Of a DNA stretch of 64,000 bases, positions 10,691-21,381 are shown piece after piece (the first letter of the stretch is position 1; every line of letters starts with the position of its first letter). Origin of the DNA: a virus. The translations under genes were made by a program, and so were the position numbers. The stretch spans positions 34,722-98,721 of IMG/VR virus record IMGVR_UViG_3300031726_000433; one strand, 5' to 3'. The notes below the pieces were generated by a model. It was not told where the DNA came from. It did not search any database and saw only the letters and a list, made by a program, of their open reading frames with translations.

Positions 10691-13600
10691 ATGCCTCTAT
10701 TTTTTGACAGAAGTTCTCCAGGCACGTCGGTGAACATAGACTCTGACGTCGCTAAACGTTCTAACACAACTTTCACTTCTGCTCGCAAATTCTCTGCTCC
10801 AAACTCTGAAGAACAAGAAACAAAAGGTTCTCAGGTAATATCGAATGACGAACATCTCATAGAACAAGCTGCTACTCTCAAGGGCGTAGCTATAGCGGCT
10901 GAACAGATTGCACTTGTTGCTCGTGGTAATCTAGCGACCGTTAGAGATCAGATAAACTCTACTCAGAGTTCTCAACAGCAGGATTCTAGATCAATTGCTC
11001 CAGCTGTCATGCAATCAGATGTCGCAAATACATCTGATGCTAATTCTAAAAATCTATTCGATTATCTCCAAACAAGAGTTCCTCTTCTTGAAACAAGTGC
11101 TATAGCAGATGACCTACATAAGAACATAACAGAGACTGTTTTCAAGAATAAGACAGATGTTCCTGCTCCATCTGCATTTAATCAGAATGTTCCACAACTT
11201 GTGAGTATCACAGTAGACATGGCAAAGAACAGAGGAACTGTAGATTGCTTCTTCTCTCACTTGAGATTCAATCTTCCACTTTCACAGGTCTGGAACAAGA
11301 ATGTAAAAGCTGTAAGAATATTCAGATCCACTATCCTAAATCCAACTCTTAAGAGAGGAACGATGCCAGTTCTAACGATGAGAGGAATGGAAAGACTATC
11401 AACTCTTAAGTCTAGATCTAGAGCAAAGGGTGGAGATCAACTCGGTCCAATGGAAATCAGATATAGAGAAGCCGGAGTTATGACAGCAACTTCTATACTC
11501 AATCCAATAGATCCGGCAACAAATGCAAGAATTTCTACCAACATGTATGATGGCGTTATAGGATCAAAAGATTCATCAACGACTCCAGCTTCAGATACTC
11601 AAAGCACACAGACAGATATATCATCATTTCTTGATGCTTCAAGATTTTCTGGAATAGATGCAGGTGTAGCTCAGAATCTAAATGTTCTTAGAAATATCAA
11701 AATGCAGGATCCATCATCTGCTCACCTTGATATACCTCAGCAATTCACCTTGAACACTGCAGAGGCCCGCCAGAAGGGACTTCTTAATACCGGCCAGGTA
11801 ACTAGCCTGGCTAGTGATATAACATCACAGATCGTCATCGACAAGAATAACACATCTGAGTTTAGAGAAATAGCATTTATGTCTTTGGACAAGTTGAAGT
11901 CAACAATAACTGGAGATGTTGTAGAATATGACTTTGTAGATGAATCTGTAGGATTTGGAAGAGGATACAGTTATTACATTGTTTCTATAGACCATAACAT
12001 GATGGAGAGTATAAGATCTCAGATTGTTGATGTTACTATCGAAGGGATAAGGGTACCGGAGCGTCCAAAGAGAGTGTTCTCGTATAAGGTAAACAATGCG
12101 ATTGCTCTAAACATACTCGTAGATGATCAACTTGTAGAAAAGTTTGAAATCCATAAAAGAGAAGCAGATTCATCTCTTATCAAAGATAATAGTTTGATAG
12201 TGAGAAATTTCTCTGATGTTAAGGGTTTTAATGTAAATGCAAGTATTGTGAAAAGAAGCTCCAACATGTTCATAAAGGCTGGAGAATGTCTAAACGGCTC
12301 TAAGGGATCCGGAGCAACATTCTACGATAGAGATACTATCACCGGTCGCAAGTACATGTATAGAGTGTATTCTGTTGACGTTTTTGGAAACAAGTCAGAA
12401 AGTCCATACGAAGTAGAAATGTTCTTGCAAGATTCCTCAAGACCAAATGAGTTGATTAAGCCAACACTGTCTGCTGAAATGGACGCAAAGACAGGAAAAT
12501 CAAGAATAGTATTCAAGTGCACAGATAAAAGAGTCAGAATGTTGTTCTTGGCCAGAAGAGATTTGACAGTTGGACAGAGCGCGTTTACAACACCAAGTCA
12601 GGTTAATATGATAAAGTTCGGTACTCCTAAGTCTGGCGAGGGTTCTAAACATTTTGAAGACATTGTGCTACGTGGCGAGAATAAAGACTATTCTTGGACA
12701 GGCATGTTTCAGAATTCGCTAGAAGAGACGACATTCATAGATAAGACAGTTTCGCTAGATCACATATATCAATACAGTATTTATGGTGTTGATGTCTTCG
12801 GCAATGAAACATCTCATGAAATTTCAAAACCTTTCATGATTATAAGAAGACCAATGATAAATGCTCCCGTGAACTTAACTGCTGAGGTCACACAGGGTCC
12901 AGGTTTTACTGTTGGTGGTGTGAGATTGGAATGGCAAGACGGTGACAATGATACTTCGTCAGAAGATAGATTGGGTAATAGAGCTTCGTTGGCTGACTCA
13001 TCAGTTAGAACGTTATACCAGATAGAGAGAAGAAAGGTTGGAGATGAACGTTGGGAAGAATTCCCAATGATAGAAAATAGGATTCTCTTCGATCCAGCTC
13101 CATCTGTTGGTATTCCTGGGAAAAAACGCACGTTCATCGACGAGCCAGGAGTGAACAGACCCAAGTTTAGGCCGACATACATAGAGACCAATCAGACATA
13201 TGTATATCGTGTAAAGGCTGTACAGACAGGATCGTACGTCAGCAATTACAGTAATTACGCTGAGGTATTTGCTGCCCTGAAAATCTCTGAACCAAAGAAT
13301 TTTAGAGTGAGAGCAAGTGACGTGAAGGTTAAACCATTCTACATCGTTCTTAATTGGGATACATCAAATGACTCTGGTGTGGTTGATAAGTGGGAAATAG
13401 AAAGAGCAGATGTCAATAACTTTGCTGCTGCAAGGTTGAATCTTAAAAATCCAAGTGACTTTCAAACGCTAAACTTTAAGACGTTTAGAACAGTTTTTAG
13501 AGAATCTAGCAGATTCCGCTCTCAGGGAATGGATGAGACACTAGTTGTAAGCAATCAAAAGGCAAAGGTGTTTAACCAAACAAATCTTCAAAGCATAGAC

Positions 13601-14050
13601 AAGAATGCTTTTACTGGAACACACCAGTTTCAAGACACTTCAATATCATTTGGAAATACGTACTTCTATAGAATAAGAGCTGTGGGAGTAGATGGAACGT
13701 TATCTGCATGGGTTTACAGAGGAATGAAAGTTGCTGAGCAACATACCGATAAGATGATAAGAGATATGTTGACACCAGATATCAAGAAGAGTTTGTCTGA
13801 TAACAAGATTCCTATGATTGTTCCTGGAATTGGCGGAAGAAGCAGAGCTGAAACGAGTCTATCATTGCAACCTCAGTTCTCTAAGCCAGCAGACATTGCA
13901 CAGGTTAGAGTTGGTGTACCTCCTCCAGTTCAGTTAACTGTACAAAATCCATCTACTCTAGCTACTTATAATTTACAGACAGTGTCTGTGAAGCCAACTG
14001 TACCGAGTTCAACAACAGTAAGAGCTCAGCTTCTAGGTCTAGGAAAGTAA
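10691..14050 (+). CDS. Large virion protein with multiple fibronectin type III-like domains
   Basis: Repeated F.D..(V/I)..G..Y.Y.(V/I)..VD..GN.S motifs (e.g. FYDRDTITGRKYMYRVYSVDVFGNKSES) and P.NL...L.W starts. Confidence 0.65.
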   Translation: MPLFFDRSSPGTSVNIDSDVAKRSNTTFTSARKFSAPNSEEQETKGSQVISNDEHLIEQAATLKGVAIAAEQIALVARGNLATVRDQINSTQSSQQQDSRSIAPAVMQSDVANTSDANSKNLFDYLQTRVPLLETSAIADDLHKNITETVFKNKTDVPAPSAFNQNVPQLVSITVDMAKNRGTVDCFFSHLRFNLPLSQVWNKNVKAVRIFRSTILNPTLKRGTMPVLTMRGMERLSTLKSRSRAKGGDQLGPMEIRYREAGVMTATSILNPIDPATNARISTNMYDGVIGSKDSSTTPASDTQSTQTDISSFLDASRFSGIDAGVAQNLNVLRNIKMQDPSSAHLDIPQQFTLNTAEARQKGLLNTGQVTSLASDITSQIVIDKNNTSEFREIAFMSLDKLKSTITGDVVEYDFVDESVGFGRGYSYYIVSIDHNMMESIRSQIVDVTIEGIRVPERPKRVFSYKVNNAIALNILVDDQLVEKFEIHKREADSSLIKDNSLIVRNFSDVKGFNVNASIVKRSSNMFIKAGECLNGSKGSGATFYDRDTITGRKYMYRVYSVDVFGNKSESPYEVEMFLQDSSRPNELIKPTLSAEMDAKTGKSRIVFKCTDKRVRMLFLARRDLTVGQSAFTTPSQVNMIKFGTPKSGEGSKHFEDIVLRGENKDYSWTGMFQNSLEETTFIDKTVSLDHIYQYSIYGVDVFGNETSHEISKPFMIIRRPMINAPVNLTAEVTQGPGFTVGGVRLEWQDGDNDTSSEDRLGNRASLADSSVRTLYQIERRKVGDERWEEFPMIENRILFDPAPSVGIPGKKRTFIDEPGVNRPKFRPTYIETNQTYVYRVKAVQTGSYVSNYSNYAEVFAALKISEPKNFRVRASDVKVKPFYIVLNWDTSNDSGVVDKWEIERADVNNFAAARLNLKNPSDFQTLNFKTFRTVFRESSRFRSQGMDETLVVSNQKAKVFNQTNLQSIDKNAFTGTHQFQDTSISFGNTYFYRIRAVGVDGTLSAWVYRGMKVAEQHTDKMIRDMLTPDIKKSLSDNKIPMIVPGIGGRSRAETSLSLQPQFSKPADIAQVRVGVPPPVQLTVQNPSTLATYNLQTVSVKPTVPSSTTVRAQLLGLGK

Positions 14051-14052
14051 AA

Positions 14053-16356
14053 ATGCCAATTCCTGTAAACGAAATATCTGACATATTCCACCCTCAACCA
14101 AGTATTTCTCAAGCATTAACTCCATCTTCAAATGGTCCAGCTACAGATTTGCTCGGTCACAACAGTGGTCCATATGGTATTTCATCTCTAGTTGATCAAG
14201 TAACAGACATAGCATATCCAACAACGAATGGAAGAGAAACAAATGGTGCAGACATCAACGCTGCAATAGACATCATCGATTGTCTAAACAGACCACCACC
14301 CCAGATCACAGCAATTTATATGTCAATAATAGAAAGAGTATCTTCTATGCTTGGATTTAAGGCTGTAGATGCATCGTCAATGAGAACTACTGGTGCAAGA
14401 CCAGCTTGGACTCAATCACAATTTCCAGAACACCTGAACACAAATAGCAATACAAGTTTGATAAATCCACAAATCATAGGTGATATGCCTGATTCACAGG
14501 ATAAGCTTAGAAATCAAGTCAATAAATCAAGAAATGACATCTACGCTGTTATCAACAAGGTTAACTCATTTATCGCTAGAGCAAAGAACGCTGGATTTGT
14601 TCCTCCTGAGAATCCATTTGCTTTAGCAATGTCGTTCAATGTTGGGCGCATAGGATTTACAAGAGTTACTCCTCCACCTAACATTGCATCCAAAATAGTT
14701 GGAAATATAAAGTCGTATATCACACTACTAGATGCTGAGAGTTCAGGTAAACTAAACTTAGATACAAATGTGAACTTGGCTGCACAACTATCTTCGGCAA
14801 CTCTCTCACTTGATGGATTTGGAGGCTCTGGTAATACTTCCGTAGATCTTGCTAAGTTGCTACCAGACGCAGATGAGGTAAAAGCTCAAAAGGCATTTGA
14901 GTCTCTTTCTGTATTTGATTTTACAAAGAGAATTCCAAAGTTGATTTTCACATCCTTTTACGCGCCAGATGGAACACCAAAGGGTGTAATAATTGGTTGG
15001 AAGAAAGTCCAGGATGCATCTGGATACGTAATAAAGAGAAAGAATATATTCGACGGAACTGAAGTAACATATACGGTAGATAACGATCATGCGAAGGAAG
15101 ATACGGGAAGACTCAGGGAATATGTGAAGGCGTGGGTTCTATCTTTCTATGACAATATGAACCACGATCTAGTGTACACGTTCTTGGATTCAGATGTTCC
15201 TCCACATGGATATTACTACTATACTTTGAAGGCGTATCAACTACAGAACAACATTCCAGGTTCGTTATTTTCTACTGAGACATCTCCTGTATTCCTATCA
15301 TCTATTCAAAAGGAAAGCATGAGAAAGCAGATTGAGCAACTTGATCCAGGTGCAGGACCTGACACAATAAGTCCATACCCAATTCTTTCTCACGTGTTAT
15401 TCGGTGATAGTAAATTTGACTGGATTCTTGCTGCAATTAATGTTAGAAGTTCTATCAACAGGGGAGATCCGAGGTCGACAACAAGAAAGTATTCGTATCT
15501 ATCAGCACAGTTGGATTTCTTGTTTTCGCAATCAGATAACGGTTTGTTGATTGCTCCGAAGGGAAAAGACGTCTCTAAGGTGATGAACAACATAGAGACA
15601 TCCATATCAAAATTTGGAGTGAATCAGGTGTTGAAGGACGTGCTACAGGAGACTGGTGCTCTCTATCACTTCGACGGCAAGGACGCGAATGACAGTACTA
15701 TTTTCAGTAGTGTTGATTCTGGTAACTCACAGGATAATGGATTGATATCGATAGTGGCAGCATCAATAGATCCAGAAACAGCAACAATGAATCTTAAAAC
15801 TCTCTCAACAAACTTACCACTTCTTTTGTCTGGTGAATTCGTAAGTATCAAGGAGTCTCTAAAATCTGACGGGAGAAAATCATCAATTACATCTGTCCCA
15901 GCAGAGATAGAGTTTCCAAAAGAATTTGATAACACCACACAGACAAATGCAGAAGACGAAATACAGTATTTACAGAAGCTTGGCAATCTTGCAGATGGAG
16001 TCATTGATCTAACTACAGCTAATGGTATAGCTTCATTCATGAGAACTGTCAGAATATTCTCCGACATCGGTCCAGGAAGAGGTGCTCCGATTGCATCCAC
16101 TCCACAAGTTGTTGTTCCAGATCCAGCAACTCCAATGACAATGCCATACGCAAACAACGGTCCGATACAGCCATTTACTCCTCCACCACTACAAGCAACA
16201 ACACAGACTCAAGTAACACAGGAACCATTCAACGAAGGACCTGGCACATCTAATTCAGTTCCTCAAACGACAGGCACAGACCCGACTGTCGGAGATGGAA
16301 GAAATGGTGGAAAGAAACCAAATAAGCCAGGTGGAAATAACGGGAGTGCATTATGA
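14053..16356 (+). CDS. Virion structural protein, one FN3-like domain, Pro/Thr/Gly-rich tail
   Basis: IIGWKKVQDASGYVIKRK...FLDSDVPPHGYYYYTLKAY; context among baseplate genes. Confidence 0.5.
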   Translation: MPIPVNEISDIFHPQPSISQALTPSSNGPATDLLGHNSGPYGISSLVDQVTDIAYPTTNGRETNGADINAAIDIIDCLNRPPPQITAIYMSIIERVSSMLGFKAVDASSMRTTGARPAWTQSQFPEHLNTNSNTSLINPQIIGDMPDSQDKLRNQVNKSRNDIYAVINKVNSFIARAKNAGFVPPENPFALAMSFNVGRIGFTRVTPPPNIASKIVGNIKSYITLLDAESSGKLNLDTNVNLAAQLSSATLSLDGFGGSGNTSVDLAKLLPDADEVKAQKAFESLSVFDFTKRIPKLIFTSFYAPDGTPKGVIIGWKKVQDASGYVIKRKNIFDGTEVTYTVDNDHAKEDTGRLREYVKAWVLSFYDNMNHDLVYTFLDSDVPPHGYYYYTLKAYQLQNNIPGSLFSTETSPVFLSSIQKESMRKQIEQLDPGAGPDTISPYPILSHVLFGDSKFDWILAAINVRSSINRGDPRSTTRKYSYLSAQLDFLFSQSDNGLLIAPKGKDVSKVMNNIETSISKFGVNQVLKDVLQETGALYHFDGKDANDSTIFSSVDSGNSQDNGLISIVAASIDPETATMNLKTLSTNLPLLLSGEFVSIKESLKSDGRKSSITSVPAEIEFPKEFDNTTQTNAEDEIQYLQKLGNLADGVIDLTTANGIASFMRTVRIFSDIGPGRGAPIASTPQVVVPDPATPMTMPYANNGPIQPFTPPPLQATTQTQVTQEPFNEGPGTSNSVPQTTGTDPTVGDGRNGGKKPNKPGGNNGSAL

Positions 16357-18812
16357 TTAAGCTATTTGGTAAAGGACTCGGGCTGCTCGATCATCCATTT
16401 GATATCTCTAGCCCTGTAAAGATAAGTTCAACTGGATTACCGGGAAGAATAATAAGCGATACAAGTTCCAAGACTGATTCAACAAAAAGCAGTCTCAATA
16501 TAGATGGGTTATATTCTCATGTTCAAGTTCCAAATTCTGATCTGAGAAAAAATAAAGACGAAACAACGATAGCTAGACAAATCATAGACCACGGAATCAA
16601 ACCTCAGGTCTTTTCAGCTGAATCTGGTAGAGCTCCATTCGAGACCTTGTTTCATGATTTCAATCTTGAAGCTTACCCGTTCTATAATTTTTGGGCTCCT
16701 GATGAACTTACAAATGAAAATGATGTTAGAGGAGATAGAAAGCTTGAAGATCTGCCTCGATTTATCAAAGTCATATGGAATATAGCTCCTGATTTGAAGG
16801 ATCCTGAAGAAAAAGCTAAACCAAAAACAGTTGATAGTCGTCATATCAATCCTGTGATATTTTCTAGAGAATTAGAAAGACCAGTTACACACACGACCAG
16901 AGGGATCACGTTCACTCCAGATCACTTGCAGATCACTGGCTTTAGTTCCATAAAGTCAATGATAGCAAATGGTCATATGTCACCTGGTGTGCTCGAGACC
17001 ATTGTTGAGATGCCACTACACAACACAGGTGTCGAATCCAGTAGAGCTCATGCTGGAACAGATCCAATAAACATGGTCGATGAAGATGCATTCTTGACGG
17101 ACACTGGGATGAATGGAATTTCAATTCACGAACTCCAGGGACAGATAAGCCAAGTAACAAATGGAATCGCCAGCATGAATTCTATAGCTTCTGATGGCGT
17201 GTCTTCAAATATGACGCAGGTCAAGGAAACTTTAGTCGACGGAAAGACGATGATATCAAAGTCAATTCAGAGAGGAGGGTTCGCACAAATATCAAGTATT
17301 CATCCCTCATCTCCAACGTTGAGTTTGCAGTCAAGAACAGCAACACCAGCAAGACCGGCAATTTCAGATCCAGTTGTCGACATGACACAAAGGATATCTC
17401 AACCAGAACAAGTAACTGATGTACAATCAACAGCTCAGGTAAAAGTTAAGTTCTTTAATCCAGCAATCGGTGGACTAATTTCTAAGGACAAGGTTAACTT
17501 CATGAGTGAACCACATCATGTAGAGACGTTGTCGGCTATAGCGCCTTCACTTCACAGTCTTGAAGTTCTTTCTCGCACTGATATATTTGAGAAGCCAAGA
17601 CACATTACAATCCCTTCTCTTCCTTCTCCAAAGCTTAAGCCACTTGAATACACTGGATATATTATTGAAAAGTATAAGAGACAAAAGTCTGGAGCATTTA
17701 CAAAGGTTGAAGAGATTGATATACCAAGCAGAGAAGTAAATTTGTATATTGACACAAAGATTTTGTACGGAGAAGTGTACAGATACAGAATAAAGGCTGT
17801 GTTAAGGTGGACGAGACCTGGACACTGGGGAATTGATGGACCAGATCCACTTACGCAAACAACATTTGGTTCACACACTGCTAATTTCAGCGACCACAAG
17901 AGTTCATACTTCGTAAGTGAGTGGAGTCATAAATGGGCATATGGTACATGCATCGATGATCAGCCACCTGGTCCTCCTGATGAACTAACTGTAAGACCAG
18001 AGTCTCACAAGAAGAGAATTGTTGTAACGTTCAAGTTGCCAGAGAATAGCCAGAAAGATATTCTAAAGATGAGACTGTTCAGAAAGTTCCAAGATGAAAA
18101 TGGAAGAGATATATCTCACTGGCAACAAATAAAGGAATCGTGGTCGTCAGATAAGAACGTCGACTTTGCTCCAAACAATGTTATCTTCTTCGATGAAGAT
18201 GTAGAGTTCTTCCAGAAACATAAGACAAAGCACGTATATGCAGCTCAATGCATTTCTAGACACGGAGAAGATTCTGTTCTTTCAGAACAGCTTGCAACTC
18301 GTTTGAATGAAGAGTATTTCACAAGAGGTGAGTTTCCAGTTGACTTTGTCTCATCTGCTGGTGTTCGCTTAGACTACTATGGTGCGTTCGGAACTATTCC
18401 GAACAGAGTGACAAAGACAGAAGTGGTTGTTTCGCCTGCTCCAACGAGGAATGGAAAACCTCCAGGAATCACATCTTTAGTAATTGCTGGAAGAAATACG
18501 ATAGGAAATGCAAGTTTGAGTGATGCGAACTACCTCTGCAGGGTTCAATCTCTAGATACTGGCGAATCTATAGACATTCCAATCAATCTTTCTATTTTGA
18601 GCATGCAACCAAGGCAAACTGTGTCTAAGTTCGACTTCTTTATTCCACAACATTCAATTTCTAATAAGAATTCCAATAACTTTGATAGCGAGAGTGACGC
18701 AAGACTCAATGAAGAGCTCAAGAAACTTCAAGATGCAGCTCTCGTAGATGATAGAGACGAGGAAAATGAAGTACTTGTCTATGATAGATCTTCACCTGGT
18801 GAGAGATGGTGA
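16353..18812 (+). CDS. Virion structural protein with FN3-like domains
   Basis: GYIIEK...YIDTKILYGEVYRYRIKAV; PPGPPDEL; ATGA overlap with the upstream gene. Confidence 0.55.
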   Translation: MIKLFGKGLGLLDHPFDISSPVKISSTGLPGRIISDTSSKTDSTKSSLNIDGLYSHVQVPNSDLRKNKDETTIARQIIDHGIKPQVFSAESGRAPFETLFHDFNLEAYPFYNFWAPDELTNENDVRGDRKLEDLPRFIKVIWNIAPDLKDPEEKAKPKTVDSRHINPVIFSRELERPVTHTTRGITFTPDHLQITGFSSIKSMIANGHMSPGVLETIVEMPLHNTGVESSRAHAGTDPINMVDEDAFLTDTGMNGISIHELQGQISQVTNGIASMNSIASDGVSSNMTQVKETLVDGKTMISKSIQRGGFAQISSIHPSSPTLSLQSRTATPARPAISDPVVDMTQRISQPEQVTDVQSTAQVKVKFFNPAIGGLISKDKVNFMSEPHHVETLSAIAPSLHSLEVLSRTDIFEKPRHITIPSLPSPKLKPLEYTGYIIEKYKRQKSGAFTKVEEIDIPSREVNLYIDTKILYGEVYRYRIKAVLRWTRPGHWGIDGPDPLTQTTFGSHTANFSDHKSSYFVSEWSHKWAYGTCIDDQPPGPPDELTVRPESHKKRIVVTFKLPENSQKDILKMRLFRKFQDENGRDISHWQQIKESWSSDKNVDFAPNNVIFFDEDVEFFQKHKTKHVYAAQCISRHGEDSVLSEQLATRLNEEYFTRGEFPVDFVSSAGVRLDYYGAFGTIPNRVTKTEVVVSPAPTRNGKPPGITSLVIAGRNTIGNASLSDANYLCRVQSLDTGESIDIPINLSILSMQPRQTVSKFDFFIPQHSISNKNSNNFDSESDARLNEELKKLQDAALVDDRDEENEVLVYDRSSPGERW

Positions 18813-18874
18813 TGAGTTTTAGAAGCTAAATCTGAGATAGATTACTATCTATCTACAGTGAGGAGAATAACGAC

Positions 18875-19591
18875 ATGGGCTTTCAGGACAACTCGGGCGA
18901 AATTTTCATAGACGCCGTTCTAACAGATGAAGGACGTGAACGTCTGGCAAGAAACGATGGAAGTTTCTCCATTGTTCGTTTTAGATTGGGCGACGATGAG
19001 ATAGATTACAGATTCTGGAATGAATTGACAGGATCTGACTCTAAGGATAGAAAGATTCTCGATACTCCAGTCTTTGAAGCCTTCACGAATGAAGTCGTTG
19101 CTCTTCGTTTCCCACTGGTAACTGTGAGAAATGCAAGACTCCAGTTCCTTCCAACAATGACAGCCAAGCCAGATTCTGTAACATTGAAGGAACAGAATGA
19201 CTCAGTTGGCGGCGGAACAGACGTCACGGTAAGTCAAGAGATTGCAAGGTCACAGACTATCCTCCCATCAGAGATTATCGATGTCAACTACTCGGTTGAA
19301 GTTGACAACGATCTAATCTTTATTTCTGGAGAGACTCCAATCGCTATCACTCCATTTGGAACTGCGAGATATGTTATCCCAGCCGCTGCAGGAAGACAAA
19401 CATCTGCTGGTGGAACTGAATGCAAGTTCAATGTTAGAGTCCAGACACTCACAACTGAAGCTTTCGACACTCTCGTTGGTGCCAATGTAACTAGGCCAAG
19501 AACAATAGACACAACGATCGTCGTAACCGGTCAACAGTCTGGCATGAATGTCCAGATTCCGGTCTCAATAGTAGAATTTGCAACAACCTAA
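18875..19591 (+). CDS. Putative baseplate protein
   Basis: AGGAG SD; paralog of 10035..10688; adjacent to tail-collar-like genes. Confidence 0.55.
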   Translation: MGFQDNSGEIFIDAVLTDEGRERLARNDGSFSIVRFRLGDDEIDYRFWNELTGSDSKDRKILDTPVFEAFTNEVVALRFPLVTVRNARLQFLPTMTAKPDSVTLKEQNDSVGGGTDVTVSQEIARSQTILPSEIIDVNYSVEVDNDLIFISGETPIAITPFGTARYVIPAAAGRQTSAGGTECKFNVRVQTLTTEAFDTLVGANVTRPRTIDTTIVVTGQQSGMNVQIPVSIVEFATT

Positions 19592-19592
19592 T

Positions 19593-20342
19593 ATGAAAAT
19601 CTTGCTCCCAAAAAAGATTTGTAGAAATTGTGGAATTGAATATCCACGATCTGGAGCAAAGTTCTCATGTTCTACTAAGTGTCGTGATGAATACACGATG
19701 AAGAATTCTAGAGAAAGCATATCATGCGGAATATGCGAAAACATATTCGTAAAGATGAAGGTAGAAAAGAGAAAATTTTGCTCAATGAAGTGTGTTGGAG
19801 AGAACAACAGAAGATTAATTTCTGGAAAAAGAGATGAAAGTAAGCATGAAAACTTCAATTGCAAAACATGTGGAAAAGAATGTGACAGATTGAAGGGTGG
19901 TCAAGGTGGAAGTATTAAGCAATTCTGCAGCAGAGCTTGCAGGTCTAAATTTGTATGGACAGAAAAAAAACTTTCTGACAAAATGAGATCTAAAACATAT
20001 CTTGTCACTCTCAAGAATGGAAATGATTTAAAGGTTCGTTCTCGATGGGAAGCTGCTTTTATAAAGGACTATCTTGAAAAAGAAAATATAAACTTTGATT
20101 ATGAACCGACAATTAGATTACTGGACGGAAGCAGCTACACTCCAGATTTCTATTTAAATGAAAAAGATACATTCGTTGAGATAAAAGGATTTGAAAGAGG
20201 TCCTTCCTTAAAGAAGGTTAATTCTCTTCGAAACATGGGACGTACCGTTGTATATGCGACTGGGGAAGTACTGGAGAGAGATTTTGGGCTCAATCTCAAA
20301 ACAGATTATCTTAAAAGCATAACTCGGGAATACAATAAGTAA
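19593..20342 (+). CDS. Free-standing PD-(D/E)xK (TnsA-like) endonuclease with N-terminal Cys-rich zinc-binding repeats; putative homing endonuclease
   Basis: Three CxxC...(F)CSxxC repeats, then RSRWEAAF...YEP...YTPDFYL...FVEIKG. ATG at 19593 is in frame with the track ORF; AT-richer than its neighbours. Confidence 0.75.
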   Translation: MKILLPKKICRNCGIEYPRSGAKFSCSTKCRDEYTMKNSRESISCGICENIFVKMKVEKRKFCSMKCVGENNRRLISGKRDESKHENFNCKTCGKECDRLKGGQGGSIKQFCSRACRSKFVWTEKKLSDKMRSKTYLVTLKNGNDLKVRSRWEAAFIKDYLEKENINFDYEPTIRLLDGSSYTPDFYLNEKDTFVEIKGFERGPSLKKVNSLRNMGRTVVYATGEVLERDFGLNLKTDYLKSITREYNK

Positions 20343-20368
20343 TGTGTTAAGCCTAGGAGATTATTAAT

Positions 20369-21364
20369 ATTTCATTCAAAACTTTCGATTTGAGCCATGA
20401 CGTGGCGTCCATTGTATCCTCTATAAATGAGGTCGTCTCTGTATCAAGTTCTATATTCTACTTTGATCAGAACACAAAGAAGTATTCAAACATCGCCTCT
20501 TCATCTGCAGGAGCAGATCTTGGTGGCTATTTCCAGACCATATTCGATTCCTCTCCAACGAGTTCACTAAGTACTGCTCTCATGGATGTCACTTATGGTT
20601 ATGCAACCACATCATCGTTCAATCTTCCAGTAACAGCAACAGCTTCTCAGAACGAAAAGATTAAGATTTATAGAATGATGGCTTCTTCATTACTCGGGAG
20701 TCCAGATTCGCTCTTTACAGTCAACAGCGTTCAGCAACCAGAGTGCTTCTTCATCATGCTGAAGAGAGGAATTCAGAAGGACGAGATCAAGAAAGGTAGT
20801 ACGTCTCTTATCATCAATCAGACAAGCGCGCAAATAACTGCGTCTGACGATGGAGCAACGTCAAACTTCAAGCAGACTGTTGGTGGAGACTATGCTCCGT
20901 TGAAGTACAATGGAACGGGAAGTGAAATTGGGCAGGTGTGGTACAACGCCGGTGTGATTGTTATTCCAGATAGTACGGCCTGGGTAGCTGGCACGACGTT
21001 CTGGTCTGGAAGCAAGACGCTAGAGAACCTTCAATCGTCAGGAACTATCAATCAGTTGGCTGATGGTCTTAGAACTCACCTAGAAAAGATTAACATTCAC
21101 AACCAGACAAACTTGTACTCAACGATCTATTTCTGCAGAGCAACGAACTCTGAATTCAACTACTCAAGCAATCCAACGTTTGTTGATTCCAATAAGAGAA
21201 TCAGAGTAACATCAGGTAGCAACATCCTACAGACCAGATCCTATGTCACAACAGTTGGTCTATACGATGCAAATGACAACCTATTGGCAGTTGCTAAGGT
21301 CAACAAGCCTATAACCAAGTCACCTGATAGTGAAGCGATCTTCAGAATCAGACTCGACTACTAA
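20369..21364 (+). CDS. Putative baseplate/tail-collar protein; probable non-canonical ATT start at 20369 (track start 20390 is TTG)
   Basis: C-terminal YVTTVGLYDANDNLLAVAKVNKPITK...IRLDY resembles phage tail-collar/fibre-attachment domains. AGGAG at 20355-20359 precedes ATT-TCA-TTC-AAA-ACT-TTC-GAT. Confidence 0.6.
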   Translation: MSFKTFDLSHDVASIVSSINEVVSVSSSIFYFDQNTKKYSNIASSSAGADLGGYFQTIFDSSPTSSLSTALMDVTYGYATTSSFNLPVTATASQNEKIKIYRMMASSLLGSPDSLFTVNSVQQPECFFIMLKRGIQKDEIKKGSTSLIINQTSAQITASDDGATSNFKQTVGGDYAPLKYNGTGSEIGQVWYNAGVIVIPDSTAWVAGTTFWSGSKTLENLQSSGTINQLADGLRTHLEKINIHNQTNLYSTIYFCRATNSEFNYSSNPTFVDSNKRIRVTSGSNILQTRSYVTTVGLYDANDNLLAVAKVNKPITKSPDSEAIFRIRLDY

Positions 21365-21381
21365 GTTTATATCGAGAATAC

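Noticed and set aside
11793-11811. GCCAGG-N7-CCTGGC inverted repeat inside the 10691 gene
   Set aside because: A single short intragenic stem without a U tract; compatible with chance.
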